A DNA stretch of 64,000 nucleotides, taken from NCBI GenBank assembly GCA_002633005.1, contig NMRA01000149.1, forward strand, positions 764,440 through 828,439, written 5' to 3'. Shown here in pieces: positions 28,801-40,800 of the stretch. A program made the translations under genes and the position numbers. A model generated the notes under the pieces. The model had not been told where the DNA came from. It worked only from the letters and a program-made list of their open reading frames with translations, and did not search any database. This DNA comes from Phoronis australis. Its lineage: Eukaryota > Animalia > Phoronida. The number at the start of each line of letters is the position of its first letter. Position 1 is the first letter of the stretch.

Positions 28801-31800
28801 GAACAGAAATTTTTTAACTGCAAGTATTTTATCTTCATGTTTTTTATTGTCACAAAAACATTCAGTTGTTAATCTCTCTCCTTACTGCTTGAGAACTTGA
28901 TACAGAATTCTGTATGGTCGCTCACAAGCTTCTTGTTTGCAGGTTCTAGACCTCGTCATTGACATGTTCAACAACAAGGGTGACAAGGACCTTGATATAC
29001 CCCCTCCTGTTTCCGAGTGTCCCCCATTGCCAAAACTGACCTTGTAAGTACACAACTATCTGTGGTAGTGCTTTTGGTTGATTAAACTCCACTGACGATC
29101 CACTGATCAATGCTGTACAGTTGTGTTTTTCTTTTGTATTAGTATATAGTATTTATTTATTTATTATAGTGACGAGTACAATTAAATCAATTTTGTATAA
29201 CATTCGTAATAGAGATAAGTACCCAGCCCAGTTTGGCTTATTAGTCACTTTAACCACACAACTCAGATGTAGGCCTACCATAAATGCGTCGGTTTCTAAG
29301 TCCAAAAGCAGACTTGATATATTTGGCAAATTGCCTACTAGGGAAATACTGAAATAGCAGTTTTAACGTATCTAATCTACTGAAATCTACAAAGTTCAGG
29401 ATTTGAAGTGAAACATTAAACAGAATAGACCTTGGTGAGTTACAAAGAGAACAATCAAACACAAAGTGTAGCTTATCTTCCACAGAGCCAGAGTCACAAC
29501 ACAAGCGAAGTCTTTCACTTACTGGAGTGTTTACATAACGTCCAGTTTCCAAGTGCAATGGGAGATTTCCTGCTCTAAGCTGAGCCAAAAGAGACCGCTC
29601 GGAACGAGTTAAATTAATCTTTACATATGGCTCAGTTAAAAACTCATGCTTAAATAAAATATAGGTTCTTAACTTGGGTTTTGTTACAACAGATTCAGCC
29701 CAAGCATGTTTCACGTATTCAAATAGTTTGTTTCTAGCGTCTACTATGTTACAAGTAGTCAAATTTTACAAACAGGATTGCATACCAGTTATGTTAAACA
29801 TATCTTCCCTAACGCTCTACCAGAAGCTTCAGATAATGTATTCAAATTTTCTTTGAAGTCAAGGTGTTGATCCAGAATACAGCCTAAATATTTGTATGAG
29901 GATTTATAAGAGATGATACTGTTCAAAATAAATTCAAAATTGCTTCTAGGTATAGACTTAGCTCGAAAATGTACAACATTAGCTTTTGCCATGTTCACAA
30001 CCATTCTCCAATTTTTACACCAGTTGTTTAAAACCTTCAACATATCTTGCATGTAATTTTCATTCTCAGACAAAAGTGCAATATCGTCGGCATAAAGAAG
30101 CACTGAAATATTGTGCGGGCCACATTGGGCATCTTTACCCAGTTTTTTAATATCCAGAGCTCAGTCGTTTATATGTAATGCAAAGAGTGTCGGTGATAAA
30201 ACGTTCCCCTGACGGACACCATTTTCAGGAGTGAACCAACCACTGTACTGAGTGCCATTTAATCGTGTACAGTTCAATGGACTTCTGTAAATGATACGAA
30301 TTGCATCATACATTGTACCATTAATATTATTTTGCAGTAATTATAAAACAGAAGTTCATGGTTTGTCCAGTCAAAGGCTTTTTTCATGTCCACAAATGTA
30401 GATAGGTTAGACGACTTTCTTGTTTGAATAATTGGTGACAGGACATATAAGTGATCAATACAAGACTGTTGGCTTTGAAAACCATTTTGCTCATCAACTA
30501 AAATATTGTTCTGTTCACAGACATCCAAAATTCTATTATTCAGCACAGCACTGAAGATTTTATAAATATTGGAAAGAAGACTAATCCCACGGTAGTTCAA
30601 AGGTAACCTAGGGTCTGTATGTTAATATGGATTTAGGTTGAGCTGAGCCACCACGAGCTTGCAATTGACTGAAAATGTTGGGGTATTTTTTAGGGGTAGT
30701 GCAATGAAGGTACCTATCTTTAATTGTCAAAATTCTTGGGATACAGTTTTATCCCACATAGTTGACAAACAATTTCCCAATTTGTACCATGTAGAAAGAG
30801 ACTCAGTGCTAAATATTGGATCACAAACAGTACTATTATTGCCCATGGTCTGAACATGGTGATTCTCTTGTTTCTTCTAGCTCCTTTGCAGTGTCTGTAA
30901 TGGTCACCTTATCTAGAAAGAACTCCAGTGCTCAACTTTTTGACCTGCGTCGCCAATGAGACTTCAGATTGTGTTTGGCAACCTGGGAAAAATCTCGAGT
31001 TGCCACATAGTTGCCACTGCGAGTATCAAAGTTAGACAATAAATCCACCTAAATTGGTTTCAAATTCCGTGTTGACTTTCAAACTTCAAATTACTAACAG
31101 TTTTCTTAGATTCACAATTGTTCTGTTAGTTTCATGAAATCAGTGCATTTGCCACCACAGCAGTCATCAGACATCACACACGTGCTTAAATTACAACAGG
31201 AGGTAAACAGATGGTCGTAATTGTTCAGCTAAAATCAGTGAAATATGCACCACCAGTGTACACAATGGTCTGCTTCCCATGTTGGTTGGTTGGCGGGGAA
31301 GGTATTGAGTTACAGAATGAATGTACACGTTTTTATGCGCCCATATATTTATATGGGGGACGCATTATGCGGTCATCTCCGTCCGTCCGTCTGGCGTCTG
31401 TCCAGCGTCCGTGCATCCGGCGTTCGCTGCTCTATCTCCAAAATGCCTTGACGTATGTTCATGAAATTTTGCACATGTGTTCCTTTTGTGGATGGTACGG
31501 CATGAGCGAACTTTCGGACAGATCCGACTACCGGTGTGCCCCTTAGTGGCAATTTTAGTTTTTTACGTTTTCCTCTATCTTCAAAAGTCCTGAACGGATT
31601 TTCATAAAATTTGGTATATAGGCACCTATTAGTGAGATGACGCTATCCTCCTGTTTTCAGATGGATTTGACGTAGTTTGCGCCACCTATTGGCCATATTT
31701 ACTATTTTCGAGTCTTGCGTCCAGCCCTCTGTCAACCAAACCGCTCAAAGGATGATTGTGAAAATTGGCACGTATGTTCTTACTATGAAGTGAACAGCTG

Positions 31801-34800
31801 ACGAGGATTTTCCGATGACTTCGAATACTGTGGCGCATCCTAGTGGCAGTTTTGTTTTTTTTTGCGCCTTTGGCTGTATCCCCTAAACCGTTTGCAGGAT
31901 CTTTACTAAATTTAGTAAGTGTGTTTATATGATGTTAATAATGGAGAACGACGACTTTCAGACGGCTCTGACCACTGGTGTGCCACTTAGTGGCAATTTT
32001 ATTTTTTTAGGTTTACCTCTGTATATTCGAAGGTCCTCAACGTATTTTCATACAATTTGGCATTCATGCATCTGTTAATGAGGTAACGCTATCTCTCCGT
32101 TTTCAGATGGATTGGACCTAGTTTGCGCAACCTAGTGGCCATTTTTACTGTTTTCGAGTCTGTTTTTTGGCGTCCACTCTATCAACCAAACCGCTTTCAG
32201 GATAATTGTGAATGATTTTCTGACGAGTTCGACTACTGTGGTGCCTCCTAGTGGCAGTTTTTTTATTTGCGCTCATTGCTGTATCTATTAAACTGTTGGC
32301 AGGATCTTTACTTAATTTAGCAAGTGTAATTATATGATGTTGACAATAGACGACGTCGACTTTCAGACGGATCTGACTACTGGTGTGCCCCCAGTGGCAA
32401 TTTTAGTTTTTTACGTTTCCCAGTCTGTATCTTCAAAGGTGCTCAACAGATTTTCATAAAATTTTGAATATAGGCATCTGTTGGTGAGATGACGCTATCA
32501 TCCTGTTTTTGGATCGAATCGAGGTATTTTGCGCCATCTGGTGGCCATTTTTGCTGTTTTCAAATCTTGTTTTTGGCGTCCACCCCTCGATCAACCAAAG
32601 CATTCTAGGGATGGTTTTGAAAATTGGCTTATATGTTCTCAGTGTGAAGAATATGTTTGATGATGGGAACTGACTACTGTGGCGCCTCCTAGTGGTAGTT
32701 TTGTTTTGTTTTGCGCCCATAGCTGTATCTCCAAAACCCACTGCAGGATCTTTATTAAATTTAATAAGTGAATTTATATGAAGATAACAGACGACGTCTT
32801 TCAGGCGGATGGAACGGACGCTGTGCCCACAAGTGGCAATTTCATTTTGTTCTGTTTTCCTTTGTTTCTCTGAAGTTTCTTGACAGATTTTTATGAAATA
32901 TGGCATGTTCCCGTTTTTGGATGGATTGTACATTTTTGCGCCATCTAGTGGCCATTTTTATGATACAAATATACAACCCTAAAAGCACACCATTTGCAAT
33001 GCTTTTGTGGGCGCATTTCAACGCTCCGCGTTGCTCGTTTGTATAGTCGAACTTTTCAACGGATCCTCGGATTTTAATTGGCGAATTTAGATTTTGCTTG
33101 GTGGTCTCGTATTTTCACTAGGTCACCAAATGCAACTTGGCATTAAGCCAAGCTTCGAGCGCTGATTTATCATCCCATTTGTGTTGCATGACTTACATTC
33201 TAGTGACAATGTTTTCATAGGCATAAAATTGACATGAAAACAATATTCAAAGGTTGTTTTGTCATTCAAACCATTGAACTTAACTATGGACATTTCTATG
33301 CAGAGACATGACAAGTGCTGAAAAGTCTAAGCTGTTACGAGAAAGGATGCGTCTCAAACAGAAACAGTCTGAAATGTACAGTCTCTGGTGTAATGAGCTC
33401 TACAAATTGTCCATCGCTAACATGGTCAGTAACTGGATTTGACTGCTCTTTTGTCTCTTATTTAAATTGTATCAGTGATAATTACTGCTTGTTCACTTTC
33501 CTTAGGTGAAGCAAGCTTTTTGTCTATCAGTAACATATTCAGGAGCTGTGGATTAAAGTGGGCCAGTGCTGTTCTCGTCATTTGAGAATTTTGTTTAGTA
33601 ATTATATTAGTCATAATTACTGCTTTTTCACTTTCCTTTCTATCATGATCACTGTCTACTGTAGAACCATCGAACAGTGACCAAATTTGGCAAAGTTTAA
33701 GCATCATATCACGGAAATGGCAGATTAGATTCGTAGAAAACTTTCAGGCCTTATATTTTATGTACTGTTCTCCAAAACTCTGTTTGAAATTTTAAACTTT
33801 TCCACGTTTGAATGCTATGAAAAATACGACTTGTATGATTTTTATGTAAAACTCAAAAGTGGCTTAAAACAAAAATGAAATGATAAATTTAGAAAACTGC
33901 GACAGAATTTTGGAGAATTCATCTTGTACATGTAAATCAATCAAAATTTGGTTATGTTATTGATATCGTATATGCTATGGAAGTTGGTTTCTTTTTGCTA
34001 AATTTTAGTAAAAAGGCATGGTCGGGTGTTGTATTTAATAGCAGATTGATAGTAAAGATCGGATTTTACAGGCTTTTTACTTACAGAAACTTTCAACTTT
34101 TACTGAGTTCAACTCTTTAGTGTTGAAGATAATTGGTCAAATATGTCAACATGTCCTACTTAACATTAAGTAGGACTATTCTTTTGCAACATTATTGTCT
34201 CCCAGCTTGTTCATCTTATGTTCAACAGGTACTTGTTAGTGTCTCCCAGCTTGTTCATCTTATGTTCAACAGGTACTTGTTAGTGTCTCTCAGCTTGTTG
34301 ATCGTTATGTTCAACTGGTACTTGTTAGTGTCTCCCAGCTTGTTCATCTTATGTTCATCAGGTACTTGTTAGTGTCTCTCAGCTTGTTCATCTTACGTTC
34401 ATCAGGTACTTGTTAGTGTCTCCCAGCTTGTTCACCTTATGTTTAACTGTTGTTCACATTATTTCAGTTTAGGGATGAGATTTTCTGGTTCCCACACAAT
34501 ATGGACTTCAGAGGGCGTGTATATCCTTGCCCACCACACTTCAATCACCTGGGTAAGAAGTCATTGTATTGTGCGAGTGGAAAATGTATGTCTATTGTAT
34601 GTAAGAGAAATGATCCAAGTTAAGTTATTCAATGAACAGATTATTTTTTTAGAAATGTTTATTTTCTTTTAAATGCTCTACTGCTTTATCTTACTGAAAT
34701 GTTCTGATCCTAGTTCTTCAGTTTACGTAAGCTGATGTGATGGCTCTACTCCACAAGTTACCAAAGTCTGACGTGGCTATAATTTAACATAAACTCAGCT

Positions 34801-37800
34801 CTCAACTTTTCCTGTGCTGACCAGTTGAATAGCAACAAATACGGTGTTTGGTTTCCATAAATTCTGATACATAATGTTTGCTTTAACCAAATTTCTATTA
34901 TTGACAATTTACCCTACAGGAAGCGATGTGACCAGAAGTATTCTGTTATTCGCTAAAGGCAAACCACTGGGAGAGCACGGCCTTGACTGGTTGAAGACCC
35001 ATCTCATCAACCTCACCGGGTTGAAAAAGAGGTCAGTCCAACATATTTTATCTCCTCTATTGTTTATTTTTTATTTTTCTTCTAATGAAATTTACCGTAA
35101 AGTTATGTGGTGTGATATACTGCCATCTGTTGATTGTGAGAGTGATTTGACTACTGTGACAATCCCTGGTGGGACATTTTAGTTTTCGACATGAAGTCTG
35201 TTTTCTTTCAATTTTTTTGCCAAATGACTTGATATAGTAAAACTTGATACAAGAGTCCATGGCTGGGATGTGCCGACACCTGTTGCTCATTTGACAGATT
35301 GGACTGTCATCACACCCCCTTTTGGTCATTTTAGTTTTTGACAAGATATCGCTAATTCGTTTTGTATTGTCAAAATCGCTTTATAGACTTTTGATGCACC
35401 TTGACAGAGAGGTGTATGGTTGGGGTGCTCCAGCACAAATTAATTTTCAACTTTCAATTTATTGTTGCCCAATTAAGTCAATTATATTCTATAAAACCAA
35501 TAAGCAGCCCTTTGAAGTGGTGCAGTCATGAGTCTATTTCAACACTCAATGTGGCTCTTGTTGTTGTAGGAGTTCAAACAGTGAGAGACTGGCGTATGCC
35601 AATGAGGTGTTGCCCAACATTATTGACTCTGCAGAAAACCCCATGTTGGTAAGCGGCTTGTTTTCAATAAACACCACATTGAGACTCTCAGTTACCTCAG
35701 TCTACCCTTTTCTCTGTTATGACGGCCCAGATAGGTTGTGAAGGGCTGTTTTGGTGGCAATTTGTTGTGTTACTGCAATGCTGTGTTAAGCAAGCTGGAA
35801 TTAATAACGAGACGGAGATTTTACCATGGAGTGGAGTAAACACATTGCGCATTTCTGTGATTAAACTCCAAATGGCACAACTGCTTGTTGGCTTGGTGTA
35901 ATTTTTGTTTTAAAATCAGTAAGCTAAAAAGCCACTGTTGACGAGTTTACTGAGAAAGCTTTCACTACATGAAATAGTGGAGATGAATTGTTCCTGGTGA
36001 TGGCTTGGTTTACGTTGCTCTGATTTGTTTGAGTGTTCTAAGTCAACACACTTATATTTTGTGCTAACTGTCATTTTCATTTTTTACTCGTCTCACAGCA
36101 TGATTGGTGGAGACAGTCTGATGAGCCGTGGCAGACCTTAGCCTGTTGCATGGAGATCTGCAATGCACTCCAGTCGGATGATCCCGTGGCTTACATCAGC
36201 CATTTTCCTGTTCACCAAGATGGCTCGTGTAACGGTCTGCAGCACTATGCTGCCCTTGGGCGGGACCAAGCAGGGGCTGAGTCTGTCAACCTCCACCCCT
36301 TCCCTGTTCCCCAGGATGTTTATAGTGATGTAGCAGAATTGGTGAGTGCTAAGTAACCCTAGGCCTAGAACTGGAGAGCTTGAAGTCTGGGTTCCGATAA
36401 CCACAGGCCTAGAGCTGGGAAAGTCTGGGTTCTATGTGTTGATGGGAGTGAAGTACTTTAAATGATAATGAGAATGGTTGATGTGTTTATTTGAAATGCT
36501 GTTAATTATATTGTGGTTACCCTCGTCTGTTAGGTTGTCAGTTACCTTTCAGATCTAGGTGGTAGTTGTATGATTAGATGGTTGAGAGTAGTTATCAATC
36601 CATCCAAATGAAAATGTGCGATAACTGCTAGTGATTGGATTTGGCTAATCTGGATATGTGTCTTGTAGTTCTGACATAGAATACTCTGTTGAAGGCAGTT
36701 GGCTCTTCATTATAGTACAACTGTAATATTGACATATTTCTGTTTTTAGGTTGAGAAAATTCGAGTGTCCGATGCTGAAAATGGACACCCAATTGCCAAA
36801 GTGTTGGAGGGTTTTGTCAAAAGAAAGGTTGTCATCTCTCACATACAAAGTTTAGATTCTAACTTCTGACATTAATCAAATTGTTATACTTTGAAAAACA
36901 TCCGAAAGTGTTCCCATTGGACAAACTGAACAATAACATGATGATTATAAAGCCTACCAAAAGTAAATAAATCAACATACTAACCCGGAGTTCTCTTTTA
37001 TCATAGCTGGGTGCAATCGGAATTTAGTAGTTGCAGTAGCTGTCCGTCATGTTCGGGAATGTCAAAGATCATACTGGACAGTTTCTTCAATTATGATTTT
37101 GTTGCGAAGTTATTCTCATTTTTTTCTTTGCTGTAAGTAAAATTGGTCACCATGTCGAGAAGGAAAAATTTGAATGGTTTTGGTTTAAAAAATCATGGTA
37201 TTTCTATTTTTTTTAAATATTGCGTTTGTGTCAGAATAGGTATGACAAAGCACAGGTGTAAAGTGGTGCCTGTTTTTGTTAGGTCATTAAGCAGACGGTT
37301 ATGACCACGGTGTACGGCGTCACACGATATGGTGCTAAGGTACAGATCCTGCGTCAGCTCAATGATATCCCAGAGTTCCCTCAGCAGCACGCATGGGCCG
37401 CCAGTGCTTACCTGACGGAGAAAACGTTTCAAAGTTTGCAGCAGATGTTCACTGCCACCAAGGAGATACAGGTGCGTGTTTCGGGGTGTTGGCAGCCGTG
37501 CTTGTGTGGGTGTGTTTACAGTCGTGTGTGCGTGCTTTTGCTCCTTTGTGTTACATTTTATTTTATTTTATTTTGTACTGCGTTATCCCTTGAAATTAGT
37601 TCCCGGACTTTCACTAAGATTTGATAAGTAACTGATCAGTTTGAAAGCACCATTAAGAAAATAACATGATCTAGATTGATTGTGCACTATTGGTATTGAT
37701 TAGCAGGGATATGGAACTGAGGTGAGTACACTCCATTTTGCCTTTCTTCAAAGTGTAGCTTGATAATGTTTCTCTCTAAATGTTGATCAGTTGCAAAAGA

Positions 37801-40800
37801 AAGTCAACGGAATTAGAAAAATGAAAGAAATTATAATACTTATTTCAGAATTGTTATAGCACATACACTTAGTCGAGTATAAGATTTGTTTAGGGCAAAA
37901 ACTGTTAATCTTAACTGACTGAAATTTGAACATTGTAAGCTATTCTGTGATTTTTCCTTTTTCTTATGTCAGCGTAATACTGCCCAGTGAAGGGTCTTTT
38001 AGAACGGGGCTGGAATATGAAGTTGTTAACTGATGTCTTCTGTCCCAGTTCAGTTTCCTGGCGAGATTGAAATTGTTGTGGCAGTGAAGTGTTTCTAGCT
38101 ATAGTATTTGATTGTTGTGTTCATGTAGGTGTAGTTGCAAGAAAGAAAACGACTCTCATGTGTGACATTATCAACCTTCACAGGGTAATGTTTGCTTGAA
38201 GCCTACCTTCCCCAAATTGTTAGTGTTTCATTACAGGACTGGTTTACAGCCTGTGCTCAGCTCATTTGCACGGTCAAGGGACAACCAGTCCAGTGGGTGA
38301 CCCCTCTGGGCTTGCCTGTCATTCAGCCGTACCATAAGAGTGTCATGGCCGCTAAAGGAGCCATGAGCATGACCAACAAGAACAACATGTTTGAGTAAGT
38401 AATCAACTTTGTAAATAACTAGGGTGCATTATTGGGCTTGTGTTATTTGACAAAAAGTGTTGGTATTGCTTGAAATTGCAAATGAAAGCCTGTGATACCC
38501 TGCATGTGTAGTTTTGTTTTTGAAGGAAACCCAATGCCATGAAGCAGAAGAATGCCATGCCACCCAACTTCATTCATTCCCTGGACTCCACACACATGAT
38601 GTTGACGGCCCTTTATTGCCTTACGTGAGTATTGCAATTAGTGGGTGTACTAAGTACTCCAGAATTTCCCCCATTCTTTGGACTCCAGCCAGATGACGTT
38701 TACAGCTCTCCACTGCACTACTTATCACAGCTTTCTGGGGGGGCTATGCTACTTAACATCAACCCATTCTCTTGGTTCCGCAAACCTTTTGTTGAAAGCA
38801 CTGTGTTGCTTTACGTAGCAAGTGGGTGTGGTTATACCACTGAACTTCTGTACTCTATGCTAAACCCATGTGTTGTTGGCAGCTTTTCTCAGCATTACAT
38901 GGTATCTGGAAGCCTGTTAAAATGTATCTAATACACAGTGAATAAATACACAGTAAATAATTCTAAATATAGAACAGCCCGAATTAACTAGATTTTTAAC
39001 TGGGTTCACTTGATTGACTTTGCCAGTTTCTGTGGTTCAATGGATAAGACATCTGATTGGTTGTTAAGCCAATGATATGTATAAGCTGGTTGTTGTGGCA
39101 GATATGGCAGAGTTAACAAGGTGAAGCTATTGACTGTCACACTGGGTGGCAAGCCTCTTTTACAGTGATGAAGTCAAAGTGGCCTAAATCAAAATTCTTT
39201 GATAGAGAAGTAAGGCGTGGGTTTATCCCATTTAAGATCAATTTACCCTACATTCATGTAGCATTTTGCCCTGTCATATATAGTACAGGTTAGTCCAAGC
39301 CACATCACATTTTGCCCTGTCATATATAGTACAGGTTAGTCCAAGCCACATCACATTTTGCCCTGTCATATATAGTACAGGTTAGTCCAAGCCACATCAC
39401 ATTTTGCCCTGTCATATATAGTACAGGTTAGTCCAAGCCACATCACATTTTGCCCTGTCATATATAGTACAGGTTAGTCCAAGCCACATCACATTTTGCC
39501 CTGTCATATATAGTACAGGTTAGTCCAAGCCACATCACATTTTGCCCTGTCATATATAGTACAGGTTAGTCCAAGCCACATCACATTTTGCCCTGTCATA
39601 TATAGTACAGGTTAGTCCAAGCCACATCACATTTTGCCCTGTCATATATAGTACAGGTTAGTCCAAGCCACATCACATTTTGCCCTGTCATATATAGTAC
39701 AGGTTAGTCCAAGCCACATCACATTTTGCCCTGTCATATATAGTACAGGTTAGTCCAAGCCACATCACATTTTGCCCTGTCATATATAGTACAGGTTAGT
39801 CCAAGCCACATCACATTTTGCCCTGTCATATATAGTACAGGTTAGTCCAAGCCACATCACATTTTCACATGACATTCTCATGTTAATGTGTCACTCTACC
39901 TACAACACACTCATGTGATACATTGAATTATAACACGAAGTGGCCCATGGCATCACTGCCTTCGTGTGATACATTGAATTATAACACGAAGTGGCCCATG
40001 GCATCACTGCCTTCGTGTGATACATTGAATTATAACAGGAAGTGGCACATGGCATCACTGCCTTCTGGGACTATTGTCTGCATTCAGTTACGTCACTACT
40101 CTTCGAATGCACTATTTCGTCTGAGACATATTTCTTCTTTTCATTGTTACAGTAAAGGCATCACATTTGTCTCTGTACACGACTGTTTCTGGACCCATGC
40201 CTGTGATGTGGATGTCATGAATCAGGTAATGTAAGAGGCTTAACACTTACAAGTTTGACACGTAAAGTCCTCTCTTCACGTTTTGATTCAATTCAATTTT
40301 GTATATAAAGTTATTTATAAGCCTAACTTGCATTACTGGTGAATGAACCAGCAGACCTAGTCGTAAGCAATGCGTACATGCACCTTTTACAAATTTGCAA
40401 TTTTAGGACTGGCCAATCTTAATAAGCTTTTAAATGTTTTCCCGACTTGCTGATGGTTTCGGATGTTCTTGTTGGTAATGGATAGAATCCTGTCACAGTA
40501 AGGAATTTTATGCGATGGATTTTACGAGAGTGAACAGAGCAAAATGCAGCTTTAAATGATAATAATATTGAGTGTTCAAAATCTTAACATTTAATCAATA
40601 ATTGCCATATGATATTTCTTTTACACTTTATGGGTTGAAGGGTGTGATTTGGTGGGGTGTAGACGACAGTAGTTCTGTGCAGATCCTAATAATCTGATTC
40701 CTTTTTCCCCTGTGACGTGATTGGTCAGTACGAGCCTGAATATATGACACACTGTTTTTGCTCTAGTTTTTGCCATTCTTACCTACAGGTGATCCGAGAA

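Noticed and set aside
39262-39865. CRISPR array
   Set aside because: Units are contiguous and identical with no unique spacers, there are no cas genes, and the context is a eukaryotic intron.
36099-40225. Phage/T7-like RNA polymerase as a prophage or horizontal transfer
   Set aside because: The motifs lie in spliceosomal exons of a PPR-containing gene ending YFFS; this is the ordinary nuclear POLRMT.
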